Shown piece after piece: positions 43,401 to 64,000 of a stretch of 64,000 nucleotides of DNA. Origin of the DNA: Salpingoeca rosetta (taxonomy: Eukaryota > Protista > Choanoflagellata); the NCBI GenBank assembly GCA_033442325.1, contig JAWQFM010000004.1, positions 1,684,316 to 1,748,315 on the forward strand, written 5' to 3'. Position 1 is the first letter of the stretch, and each line of letters starts with the position of its first letter. The notes beneath the pieces are model-generated. The model did no database searches. It was not told the DNA's origin and saw nothing but the letters and a program-made list of their open reading frames with translations. A program made the position numbers and the translations under genes.

Positions 43401-46400
43401 TGGCAAGTCTGTCTTGGTGGCGACCAGCCGCACTTGCACGGCTTCGGCTTGCTTGTGTCGAGAGAGGCGGCATGCTTGCAGCAGGCCGAGCCATACGCTG
43501 ATGCGGGCGATGGAATGCTCCAGCCCTTTTGAGGCATCAAACACAAGGAGGTACACGGCCATGTGCGAGGCCATGAAGAGCTGGTGGGCCGGGAAGAACT
43601 CCAGCTGGCCAGCGAAATCCCACAAGTCAAACGCGTGCTTGATCCAGTGGTCCACGTCAATGCCTTCCGTCCACACGTGCGGCATGTGCAAGAGCTGCTG
43701 GAAAGGGCTACCGCTGTCTTTGGACGAAGACAATTTGCTACCTTTGCTGAGGAGAAAGTGCTTTGCCTGAAGCATGCGCTGCACAACGTCCTCAGAGGCA
43801 GGCGTGTTTGCACTGCCAAACCACTGCTGCAGTTTCTCATCGGTGGATTTCAACCACAGCTTTCCCGTGATGCCCTTGGCCCTCGGGCACTCCTCGTCAA
43901 AGAACCCGTCCCTGTGCGCCAGATCGTGATCCACCCACTGGCGGAAGTCGGCCTCTGTGTATTTCTGAAACGAGGACTTGAGCGTCGAGCGCACTTCCTT
44001 CAGCACGTCAAACCGATCTATGTCGTGCAACATCAGCAGCGCCGTCTTGAGCGTGGTCTTGCCAACACCACCATCCCCAATGAACACGAGGCGGGAACGT
44101 GTGAGAAGCTCGTGGTTTTCCTGCACATCGCGCAGGTAGGCGTAGGTCGCTGGCAGGCCAGCCTTGACGATGGACGGAGGCGGGCAGATGATGGGGTTGC
44201 GCGAGACGTCGAGCGCCCGAACATGCGCTGTCTCCAGGAACTCCGGACAGAGGTGGGTGATGCCGTTGGAGGACATCCTTCACCAAGCAGGTGCAACACA
44301 CAGTTGAAAGGCGGTGACCCGGGTAACGTAAGGGAGCATTTGAAGTGCAGGCGCGGCTCATCATGCGGCTCATCCACAAACAAGGCAAGGCGGTCGTGTT
44401 TTCGTTGTGGCACCACACCTTAGAGTGCCAAGATGGGCCAGCTGGCCAGCTGCCACGGCGATTGCACGAGCCCCATCTGTTTTGAGGCTCATATCTACGA
44501 GACTAGCAGGTGACAGCAAGGCCATGCGCGACGTGCGACGGGCCCAATGAGTGTACGCAGGGGTGCACAACGGAGCGAACAGGACTGATGTACACGTACA
44601 TAGGCAGATGGGCACACAAAGGCAGATATGCACACAGAGACAGACATGCACACGATCCTATGATGCACGCACGCGTGCAACCACACACACATACACACAC
44701 GTGCAACCACACAAACACACACACGTGCAACCACACACACACACACGTGCAACCACACACACACACACACATGCAACCACACACACACACACTTCAAGCA
44801 CTTACTCGAGGGTGTGAAGGCGTGACAAGTTACCAAGGGATTCGGCGAGTACATGGACACCTTGCGGCCCGATGTTTTCATTGTGCGCCAGACTACACAC
44901 GAGGCAAGTTGACAGGTCGATACAACAGGCGGACCCACCGCACGTGAGTTCCTGCAACACGCGCACACGCACATGTGTAGACACACGTACAGATGCAGAC
45001 AGGCAAGGGGGCAACGCGGCTTTGCATTGTGCATCGTTGCACAAGGATCGCACTGGAGTGATTCAAGCTGCGTCAACGTCGAAAGCGCTCGTGCCAGTGC
45101 ACACACCCCTTCATATCCGATGTGGTTGCTTGCCAAGCTGCAACATGGCAACAAGCGGGTAACGTGGCAAGTCTGAAACGTGAGCACCAAGATCAAGCAA
45201 CCCGTCACAACGCCTGCCTGTCAACAGCACGAGAACACGCGAGCCTTCCCAAACCACAAACATGGTCGCACACGCACGCGCACATGTACAAACTTTAGTG
45301 ACTTGATCCACGGCATCTGTTCCAGTACTTCTGCAAGCACGCGTGCACCTTCGGGGCCGAGGTTGTTGCTCGAAAGGCTTTAAGCGTGTAGAATAGGCAA
45401 TCAATCACAAAGTGAGAGCTTGAGAGCGGCCAGAACCAGTCAGGCGATGACAAAGGTGCAAGTGCAATTTGCACACACGCACACAGCAACGCACTACACG
45501 AGAAACCATCTACCCGTTTGCTCACGACGTAAGGACGTACGTCAGAGCAGTAAGCTTTTCCATGCTGGTGAGGGTTCCTGCGAGGTCGCGAACGCCATCA
45601 GGTCCGAGCTGGTTGCTTCCCAGGCTGAAGGAGTGTGAGGGAAGAGCAAGAGGGCGGAATCGAGGAGGGGGGAGGGTGAGAGAGATATGCGTGAGTGAAC
45701 GTGTAGTGTGCGCATGTGTGTGTGTGTGTGTGACATGGAAGACAAAGAGGCAGAGGCAGGGGTAGGGCAGAGACAGGGGCAGACGAACACGAGTGAGCAT
45801 ACACACACATACACACACACGCACCCACAGAGGCACAGGCACACGCACGCAAGTTCCTGAAGGTTCACAAGTTGCTTCAACGGCTCGGCAAGCGCGCGAG
45901 CGCCGTCCCTCTTGAGGCCGTTGCCCCAAAGCCTAAGAGAGACACGTGTGCGTTACAAATCGCAGGGACAAACAAAATGAAAGATCCACGCCAATTGGCA
46001 CGCAAAGAATGGGTTGCGGTATTGCGTACATCAACACACACACACACACACACACAAACATACACACATGTACGACGAGCACGCACTCGAGCGATGTCAG
46101 GTTCGTCAGGGTGCTCAGAGGGTCAGCCAGTGCACGAGCTCCTTCGAGCCCACAGGCGATGCTTCTCAAACTGTGGGATACAGTGAAGTACGAGGTGAGA
46201 ACAGCAACGCCAGATGCAACCCATGAACTGAGCAGTGCGGAGGGGCGTGCAAAAGCACGTGAACATACACATGTGATTAAAGATACACACACGCACACAT
46301 GCTCACGCACACACACACATACACGCGCGCGCGCGTGCACACGCGCATACGCACACGCACACACACACACACACGCACGCACACACACACATGCTTTCGC

Positions 46401-47036
46401 GCTTTGCGTCGGGCATCGCCCATGCACGGCGTGCATACGTACTTGAGCTTCTTCAAGTTCTGTAACAGCTGAAGCGCTGGTGCAAGGGCACGTACTCCTT
46501 CCACTTCCAGCTCTGTGCCGCGCAGGCTGGGGCAGGAATGCACGAAATGGGAGAGGCGGAGTGTCAATGGGAGCACGTGTATGGCGTGGCTAAGGTGTGG
46601 CTAAGGTGTGGCTCGAACAGGAAAAGGTCAGGCATTGGAGCACAGGTCTCATGAAACGTACTCGAGTGTTTCGAGGGACCTCAACTGATGGAGTGCGACT
46701 CCAAGCGCACGCGCTCCTTCGGGACCCATGGCGGTCCTGGGAAGACTGCAAGGGCACCACACAAGCAAGTAAACCATCGAGCGTCTTGTCAGCTGTGCAC
46801 GTGCACAACACGTGTCTCCGGCTTTCAACCACACCAACTGGAACCCATATCTACACACCTCAGTTCTGTAATCGTGCAATTGCTTTGTGCGACTTCTGCA
46901 GCCAGTCGTGCTATCATGGCAGCACTGAGTCGTTGGTTGGGGCGACCTTCAACCCTGACAACATGTGAGAAGAGTGAGTGTGGTGTGTGAGTGAGAAGAG
47001 TGAGGAGATGTGTGAGTGGGTGTGGTGTGTGTGCGC

Positions 47037-47072
<36 letters not shown>

Positions 47073-47296
47073 GCGTGAGTGAGCAGAAGAGCAGAGCGTA
47101 GTTTGCATGCATTGATGGGCGCATGCTCGTTCTCGCAAGGTTGCACGGAAACAGACTGAGGGGCATCATACTTCACTGTGCTGTCGCATGAGCCATCCTT
47201 GATGGACTGGAGCAGGTCTTGAAACCATGACGGGAAAGGAGGGAGCTGCTGCTCGGCCTCCAGCTCCAACTCCTGCTGGTGGTGTTGTTCGGCCAT
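40443..47296 (-). CDS. Roco protein: RI-type LRRs - Roc GTPase - COR - pseudokinase - KEN-like domain
   Basis: Start MAEQHHQQ at 47296; about 10 single-LRR exons; large last exon 40443-44277 with GDGGVGKTT, WTEGID, WDFAGQ, ATKTD, COR-like LRFLDDAGVV...VLEPVTWLSKLM and FPALLP, kinase-like GLHFLHSRQLTHGSLCPHHVL / AKLAAYGLG / WLAPE / ADMFAFG. Confidence 0.88.
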
Positions 47297-47632
47297 GTGC
47301 ACTGGACAACAAGGAAAGCGACTCAGTGGTGTTTCGTTGTTGTGTTTTGTTTGATTTTGTCGTCTTTGTTTTGATTTGCGGATTTGTGGCTTAGTGGAAA
47401 CCAGTCCCACGCGATGTCAAGATTTCATGTTCATGTCGTTTGTTGTATTGCGCTGCCTGCCTGACTTGCCAACCCACCCCCCTCACACAACCCCCCCCCC
47501 CCCCCTCGCCCACCGACCCACAAGTAAAGCGACCTGTCTATCAACAACACCCACACACATACATAACACGATTCCCACACATGCAAATCCCCACTCCCGC
47601 CCCGTTTCTTTTCTCCAAACACAACACACCAA

Positions 47633-48627
47633 CTACCACTCCGGCCGCAGCAAGTCTGTGAGCTCCTCGAGCGTGATGCGGTAGTAGCGAAGGCTGCGTA
47701 CGCGCACGTGCGTTCTGCTGAGGACATACTGCTCGTCCGCATCGCCGTCTGCCGCCAGGTAGCGCAGCCCGAGCGTGCTGCCTGCGCCGCCCGGGTCCGC
47801 CTTGCGCACGCGCTCCACGACGTCGTCCAGCACCTCGGCGAACAGGCGAAGCGGTACCGGTGTCTTCTTCAGGGGGCGTGTCTTCAGCAGCAGCCAAAGC
47901 TGCAGCCGCGGCTCGCCCTGCTTCAGCGCCAGCTTGGCGAGGGCCTTGCCCTGCTTGTTGTGGCCGCCGCTGCTGCCTGCGGTCTGCTCTTCTTCGAGGA
48001 CGAGCGAGGACACGTGCTGCAAGCACCGCAGGAGACGCCTGTGGGCCGGCAACTTCTCGCTCAGTCCGGAGATGACGGCAATGGCGTGTCGCCGCTCCAG
48101 GCACTTTGTCTCGACCGTGCCCTCTGCCATTGGCGTCACGCGCGACCACGGGAAGGTCTTGACCGCAGCGCCCCACTGCTGCCGCAGCTCGTCCGCCGCC
48201 GTCAGGTTGAAGGGCACGGAGCGCAGCACGCTGAAATCGCTGCGGAAGACGATGCCTGCGCTTGGCACAAAGGGAAGCATGCCCACCGCCTCCGCCATGG
48301 TGTACCAGCGGTCGCACGTGAACCCGTGTGCGCCGGCCGGCAGCAGCATGGGGTGTGTGGCGCGCCCAGCATCAGCGCCGTCAACAAAGCAGAACTGGTG
48401 CCAGTACCCAAGGGAGAGCTGTGCGATGATCAGGGCAGTGTGCGTCTCGCGGGCGCTTGGCACGCGCTCCAGCATGGCCATCTTTTGCAGGCGGTGCTGC
48501 TCGTCGCTGTGAATGCACCTGTAGGGGGCCGGGAAGCGGTGGCGAAAGTTGGGATGAGCGAGGAGACGCGAGGGGACGCGAGGGGATTCACGCACAACTG
48601 CACTCACTCCCCACCTTCCAAAAGTGC

Positions 48628-48725
<98 letters not shown>

Positions 48726-49051
48726 CACCTGAAATCGAGGTCGAGAAACCCGTTGAATGCGTTTGTGTAGTGCGTACTCTGGATGTTGGACATGGGCTCC
48801 CATTTCCACGTGAATGTGAGGAAGTCGCTCGCCTCTGCGCTCGACTAGAGGTGGTGTAGGGGGGGGGGTTGAGGAGAGACGATGAGCACGTACATGCAGG
48901 GAGCGGTGTGAGCTGAAGGATGAGGGTGTGGGGATAGAAACCCCACAGCGCGCGGGCTATGCCAAGCACAGTGTGTTGTGAAGAAAAAGCACTTGACAAC
49001 GGAAGTTCGCACACACACACACTTGGATGTGCACGCGACACGACAATTCAG

Positions 49052-49099
<48 letters not shown>

Positions 49100-50002
49100 A
49101 CATACCGTTGGCAATGGGTAGACGCCCTCTGCGCGCATGTACACGAGCTGTCGCCGGCGACCAAACTTGCGCAGCAGCGGCATGTTCATGCCGTAATGCA
49201 GGCGCGCATGTCCACTCGGCTCATAATGCGGCCTGTTCAAGAAGGAAATGTGTCAAACGCACACACACACACACACACGCACACGCACACACACACGCAC
49301 ACACACACACACGCACACACACACACACACACGCCAGTGCAGCGTCAGTGGCAAACCTCTACCCGTTCTGCCTCCACCCTTTGCGCAGCGATACGCCCAC
49401 GCAGCTCGAGTCGTACATGATTTGCAGAAAGTACTCGTTGGTGGTGAGGAACACGTGCGGTTGTGTGACGTCGGTCGGGGTAAGGTCTGCGTTTTCCTTT
49501 GCCTGTTGGCGGTTAACACAATTGCATATGTGGGTGAGTAACAAATTCTGTGCGTGTGTGTGTGCGCTCTTGTCAGCTTGTCATAACTCCAACCGTTTTG
49601 CCTGCAGGCAGCACAATTACACATAGCAGGTGCGTACACATCACCAAATTACAGCTTACCCAGGGCGGACTTGTGAAGCGGGTTGCGGTCTTGACGGAGA
49701 CGGGGTGCTGTTCGCCACTGTCAAACAGCTGCAAGAAGTCGTAAGGGTGATGGGAGTGTCCAGTTTCAGCCCTCGGACCATGACCCCAGCCCCTGTTTGT
49801 GACGTTGGGGAAGCAGGTACGGATGGCTTGGGTTAGACGTCATAAACAGCCGACACTCAGTCAGTCACAACTGCTCGCAAGCAAACAAACACAAGCAAAT
49901 AAATACATACAACAAGCAAGCAAACACGAACAAACACACACGCGCGCACGCACACACACCAGGCCGGCAAGCAAGCAAACACAAACCAGCACACACACAA
50001 AC

Positions 50003-50060
<58 letters not shown>

Positions 50061-50440
50061 ACACACACACACAGACACAAAAAAACACACGAACACACAA
50101 TCACCCCCCCCCTCCCTCACGCACGTGATATGACCGTCTGTGTTGTCAAACTCAAACACATGCGGCGCAACAACGACGGGCTTGCTGGGATCGGTCTTGG
50201 CAATCTTCAGGAGCTGTTCCATCATGCTGAGCAAACAAAAAGCGACAGTACCGCACAATGACACATGGCGTATGTCTGTAAGCGCTTTTGTCGTGTGCCA
50301 GCTGTAATTGCATGTGCTCTGCACATTACCGCACACACACACACACACATACACACACATACACACACATACACACACATACACACACAAACACAAGCAC
50401 ACCCACTTTCACAAACACACGCACACACACACATACACGA

Positions 50441-50473
<33 letters not shown>

Positions 50474-51634
50474 CACACTTGCACAAACACACAACGCAAC
50501 GTACTCGTCTTTCCATAGGGTGCCGTGGTCTGCCCACAGAGTGTACTTGGAGGACGATATGTACGGCAACGCCATGTTGCGCAGGCACAGGTAGCATGTC
50601 AACGATCCACGGTGGATCAGTAGCGTCGTCCGCGAACGTGTCTCCAGCAACCGTCCATACTCCTCAATCTGCAAGTTGCAACGCGCACATAAGAAAAACA
50701 GAGTTGTGATGAACGCGTCAATGAAACCAGGAGCGAGGAACAGAAAGAGGTACCTCGGCAACTGCAACACCAAAGCCGTTGCTTCCATCATCTCATCTCG
50801 CTGAAATGTCGTTGCTTGCAGGCAAGCAACCACGGTTTGAAACTCTAGCACGCGACCTTGTGTCCCCTCCCCTTGGTAACCACGCACTCACCTGGTGATA
50901 TGCCCATGCAACGTCCCACAGCACAACCACGAGGTGGAAATGGCAAACGCCCTTCTGCCTGACCCTGGTCAGCAAAATCTTCAACAGCGAGTAGGCAGGC
51001 AAGGGTGAACGGTAAGCTCCATGAGCCTATGAGCACTGCAAAACAAAAAGGACACTTTCAAAACACGACCCACTGCGATAGCAACAAGAACAACAGGCCG
51101 CCTCATCCTCATCGTCTGTTTGCGCGGTTCCTTTCCTGTTGCGGCATTGCACGCACGCAAGCAACAACTTCCACACTCCTCCTCCTAGTTAGCTTGCTTG
51201 TCCCACCAAACCTGATGAATAGGGTCCAACCGCTCGCGGTAGCTGAGAACTGCGGACACGTCGCACGGTGGTAGGCCATCGTCACTCTCATTCTCGTTGC
51301 TGAACACAAACAGCAGGCCTCCGTCGTTGGTGACTTTGCGCTCCACAAAGTACTGCTGCGGCAAATCAGTTGGAACAGCCTCCCACGACTGGCGGTCAAG
51401 ACTGGCCGGCACGACATCGCGTGGCACAATTTTTTCTGCAGGACCCAGTGCGCCCTCCCGTCGCCACTGCTCCGTCGCAGCAACAAAGCCGGCAAAGTGC
51501 GCAGTGAGGGGCAGGACGAGGAGAAGCAGGGGGAAAAGGATGAGGGGCATCGTTCTTCTTCTTGATGGCGATGAGGATGATGATGGCAGCATGATGCAGG
51601 TGCTTCGTCTCTTCTTTTTCGCTGTGGTCCTCAT
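47633..51634 (-). CDS. Putative GT-A-fold glycosyltransferase, paralogue 2, multi-exon
   Basis: Exon-by-exon homology with 36485-39984 (QYFVERKVTNDGG, CDVSAVLSYRERLDPIHQ, QKGVCHFHLVVVLWDVAW, LRNMALPYISSSKYTLWADHG, KCLERRHAIAVISGL, LRPEW*). Start codon uncertain (51634, 51592 or 51550). Confidence 0.62.
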
Positions 51635-51693
51635 TGTTGCCGTTTCGCCGACGATTGGTGAATATCTTCCAACAATCGCCAAGAACCAAGACG

Positions 51694-60658
<8,965 letters not shown>

Positions 60659-60904
60659 TGATGATGGCAACTGTAACAGTGGGCGGCGCTCACGGAAACC
60701 TTGTTTGCTGCGCAACGTTGTGATGTGCTGCCCTTGCCACTTGTGCTGTACAATAGAGCGAAAGAGAAGAGTGTAGGAAAGGAAGCGAGAAAAGGGAAGC
60801 GATCTGTGGGAGCTTTGGCACACCACATCAACTTCCACGTAATTATTTTTTTCCGTCTTCCTCCACAACCCCAAACAAAACGCAAAACAAGACCACCAGC
60901 CAAG

Positions 60905-62230
60905 ATGAGGAGTCTGACGCCAGCCACTGTCGACGTTTTAGCCGTTTTGGTTGTATTCCTGGTTGTGTGCGTGTGCCGCGTCGAGGCCATCGCCACACCA
61001 CCAACACCAAACAGGGCCAAGGTGGCGCAAGATGATAGCGGCGCGATGCACGTCAATTCGAGTGACCCAGCGAATCAGCCCGTGTTCCTGAATGGCGTGG
61101 ACGTCGTTTCGGAGGTTCAAACGCTGCGTGGAACCGTAGCGGCACAGCAGAGCATGCTGCAGGCGTACCAGTCAACTGTTGAGGCGCAACAGAGCATGAT
61201 CGCCGCACACAACAGCACGCTTCAAGCCCAACAGAGCACGATCGAAGCTCTTCGAGGCAGGGTGTGTGAGGCGACTGCCAGCACGTTTGGGCAGCTTAGC
61301 TCAGCAGGAAACAACAAGTGGCGTGGCGGGGGTGTGCTTGCCAGCAACGGTTTCATCTACGCTGCCCCTTACGACTCGCCCTCCGTGCTAATCATCGATC
61401 CCAGCACCAACACCGTTGACACGACCACAATCTCCGAACTTGGAACAGACAGCTACAAGTGGGGTGGTGCTGTGCTGGCACACAACGGCCTCATCTACAT
61501 GTTCCCATCAAACAGGGAGACAATGCTCATCATCAATCCAGACACCAACACCGTTGACACCACAAGCATCCACTCGCTGGGATCTGGTGGAGGCAAGTGG
61601 TGGAGTGGTGTGGTGGCCAGCAACGGCCTCATCTTCGGCATCCCCTTCTTTGCCACCTCTGTGCTGATCATTGATCCAGATACCAACACAGCCGATATCA
61701 CCACGCTGTCCGGACTGTCGAGCCAGGCATACAAATGGTATGGCGGTGTGCAAGCAGACAGCGGCCTCATCTACTGCTTTCCCTTCGTAGCTTCTTCTGT
61801 TCTCATCATCAATCCAGAGTCTCTTACAATGGACCTCACCACCATCAGCGGCTTGGGCACGGGCAGCAAATGGTTTGGTGGCGTAATCACTGGCAACGGG
61901 CTCATCTACACCATCCCAGCATACTCTGCGACGACACTTGTCATCAATCCGGCCACCAACACCACCGCCGAGCTTGTCGTTGCAGATGCAACCGGCTCTT
62001 CGAAGTGGATCGGCGGCGTGCTTGCACCCAATGGCAACATCATTGGCATCCCACACACCTCCCCATCCGTCCTCATCATCGATCCAACCACCAATGCCAC
62101 CGACACCACGACCATCAGCGACCTTGCAGGCGATAACAAGTGGTGGGGTGGCGTGCTCGCTCCAACCGGCCTCATCTACGGCATCCCAGACCATGCTGAT
62201 TCCGTTCTCGTCATCGACCCGGGATGCTGA
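60905..62230 (+). CDS. Secreted 7-bladed beta-propeller protein; closest paralogue of the TIR receptor ectodomain
   Basis: MRSLT...VLAVLVVFLVVCVCRVEA signal; QDDSGAMHVNSSDP...VFLNGVDV; AQQST heptads; seven KWxGG repeats; VIDPGC*. Confidence 0.9.
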   Translation: MRSLTPATVDVLAVLVVFLVVCVCRVEAIATPPTPNRAKVAQDDSGAMHVNSSDPANQPVFLNGVDVVSEVQTLRGTVAAQQSMLQAYQSTVEAQQSMIAAHNSTLQAQQSTIEALRGRVCEATASTFGQLSSAGNNKWRGGGVLASNGFIYAAPYDSPSVLIIDPSTNTVDTTTISELGTDSYKWGGAVLAHNGLIYMFPSNRETMLIINPDTNTVDTTSIHSLGSGGGKWWSGVVASNGLIFGIPFFATSVLIIDPDTNTADITTLSGLSSQAYKWYGGVQADSGLIYCFPFVASSVLIINPESLTMDLTTISGLGTGSKWFGGVITGNGLIYTIPAYSATTLVINPATNTTAELVVADATGSSKWIGGVLAPNGNIIGIPHTSPSVLIIDPTTNATDTTTISDLAGDNKWWGGVLAPTGLIYGIPDHADSVLVIDPGC

Positions 62231-62437
62231 ACCATTCACTTCTTGCTTGAACTGTGACATGCCTGTTCTCCACTTGCTTTCTTAACCTGATGTTTTGATG
62301 TGGACTTGCTCGATTGCGTTGTCCCCCTTGCACATGTACTGTTCTGACAGCAATCTTTACACCACACAAGCCGCACTTTCCGGCATCAACCAAATGAAAT
62401 GATACACGCTCAATGCAATCCAACTGCACCTGATTCA

Positions 62438-62468
<31 letters not shown>

Positions 62469-62472
62469 CTGC

Positions 62473-62614
62473 CTACTTCTTCCGCAGCCTCTTTCTGACT
62501 GCCGGCGTTATCAAACTCGCCAAAAGATCATCCACGGAATCCTGTGCCCAAACAGCCGCAACAAACAACAAGCATGTGATCGAATGAGCTTTTGTGAATC
62601 AGCACACACACACA

Positions 62615-62673
<59 letters not shown>

Positions 62674-63865
62674 CGCATCACGCCACGCACGTCTTGCTGT
62701 GTCGTTGTCGAAGAGGGCAAATGCGATGCTCTGCGTCGGCTGCTGCTACTGCCGGCCGTTGGTGCTGCAGTTGACGGCGGCGGTTGCGGGGCGTGCTGTT
62801 GCGACGATGAATATGTTGAAGGCTGCGCTGTGACCACGCCGTATTGCTGTTCCTGCAGTCGCTGCTGTTGCTGTTGTTGCTGGTGTGCTGTGACAACGCC
62901 GTAGTGTGACTGTTCCTGCTGTTGCTTTGACTGCAGCTCTGCCATCATGGCGCTGTGATCGTGCGCGTCCTTGCCGTCTGGTCGCCACGCCCACGCTTTG
63001 CTGCCGATCACATCGCTCTTTCGCGGCGGAGGCATCGGCGGTTCTTCCTTCACGTCCTCAGCAGCCTGCTCCTGCTGTTGCTGTGCCTGCTGCCTTTGTT
63101 GTACCTCCTGCTGTTGCGCTTGCTGTTGCTGATGTTGTTGCTGCTGCTGCTGATACCTTGCTGCAACGTGTTGGGGAGCGTTCACCCGCCCATACACGTG
63201 GTCAGCTGCGGCTGGTCCCGACGACGACGACGCCTCCGACGACGACAGCGGCGGTGGGGGCGACCTGCCCAGGATAAACTGCGCGTTTCGCTCAATGAAC
63301 CTGTCCACTTGGCGTTTTGAAAACCCTTGCATGGCCAATCGCTCGTACGACGCCTCAGACAACGCCCCGCTTCGCATGTACTCCTCCTTCAACTTTTGCA
63401 GCTCCTGAGGCGCAAGCTCCTGCACAAGCGTATGTATGAATGTATGTGTGTGTGTGCGTGTATGAATGTATGTGTGTATGTGTGCACATGTGTGTGTATG
63501 TGTGCACATGTGTGCACATGTGTGTAAAGCCGCAATTTCACCAGCACACACAACAAGCCACCACAATTGTTGCCGTGGACAAGCGCAAGCATGTCAACCT
63601 TCACGGCACAAGTCACGTGTCTGCCTCACCTGCTGCTGCTGTTGTTGCCGTTGTGCTGGACGTCCCGTTGCCCGCATGGATGCAGATGGAAGCGCAATTC
63701 TTCGCTCGCGCGCAAGGCGCACGCACAGTGCTTGCACATCCACGTTCTACAAAAGGAAGCAACACAAGCAACACAAAGACACGAAGTGTCAACCACGGAA
63801 GACCGAATTTTAAGCAACCGCAGCATGCAACATGTGCTTCAGCAGCAGCTTCTGCAACACACAAC

Positions 63866-63914
<49 letters not shown>

Positions 63915-64000
63915 CGATGTCCTGTTGCGAGAGGTTGAGGGCTTCACGGAATGACTGCAGGAGTCGATGCGTCTCCTGTTTCAAACGCGCTTGCTCCGTC
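62473..64000 (-). CDS. 3' part of a multi-exon, Gln-rich hypothetical protein; starts beyond the window
   Basis: Exons ...LLQSFREALNLSQQDIE | NVDVQALCVRLARE... | ELAPQELQKLKEEY... | DSVDDLLASLITPAVRKRLRKK*, with GT-AG boundaries. Confidence 0.65.

Overview
Eukaryotic, intron-rich, GC-rich DNA with many (CA)n/(TG)n microsatellites inside introns. The style and gene families (kinesin-light-chain-type TPR proteins, one-LRR-per-exon genes, secreted proteins with an 'EEDxxGxxHIN...VxVNGVDV' leader) point to a choanoflagellate such as Salpingoeca rosetta; this is an inference. From left to right the window holds: a Ty1/copia LTR retrotransposon (minus strand, running off the left edge); a HET/TIR-like-TPR gene; an RI-type LRR gene; a polyQ LRR-like gene with one frameshift; a NACHT-WD40 gene with one frameshift; five members of a 7-bladed beta-propeller family (three secreted, one decayed, one fused behind TIR plus a transmembrane helix); a decayed Cu-type P1B ATPase; two inverted paralogous GT-A-like genes flanking an LRR-Roc-COR-pseudokinase-KEN-like gene; an OCRL/INPP5B 5-phosphatase; and a partial gene at the right edge. 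Best leads: (1) a topologically inverted Toll-like receptor (cytosolic TIR with catalytic Glu, TM helix, extracellular propeller) with secreted paralogues that vary at one face; (2) a Roco protein ending in an RNase L/IRE1-like pseudokinase-KEN module; (3) two compositionally foreign, densely base-paired segments (1334-1640 and about 55570-56241) that look like structured RNAs or artefacts. All domain calls are motif recognition by eye; no searches were run.
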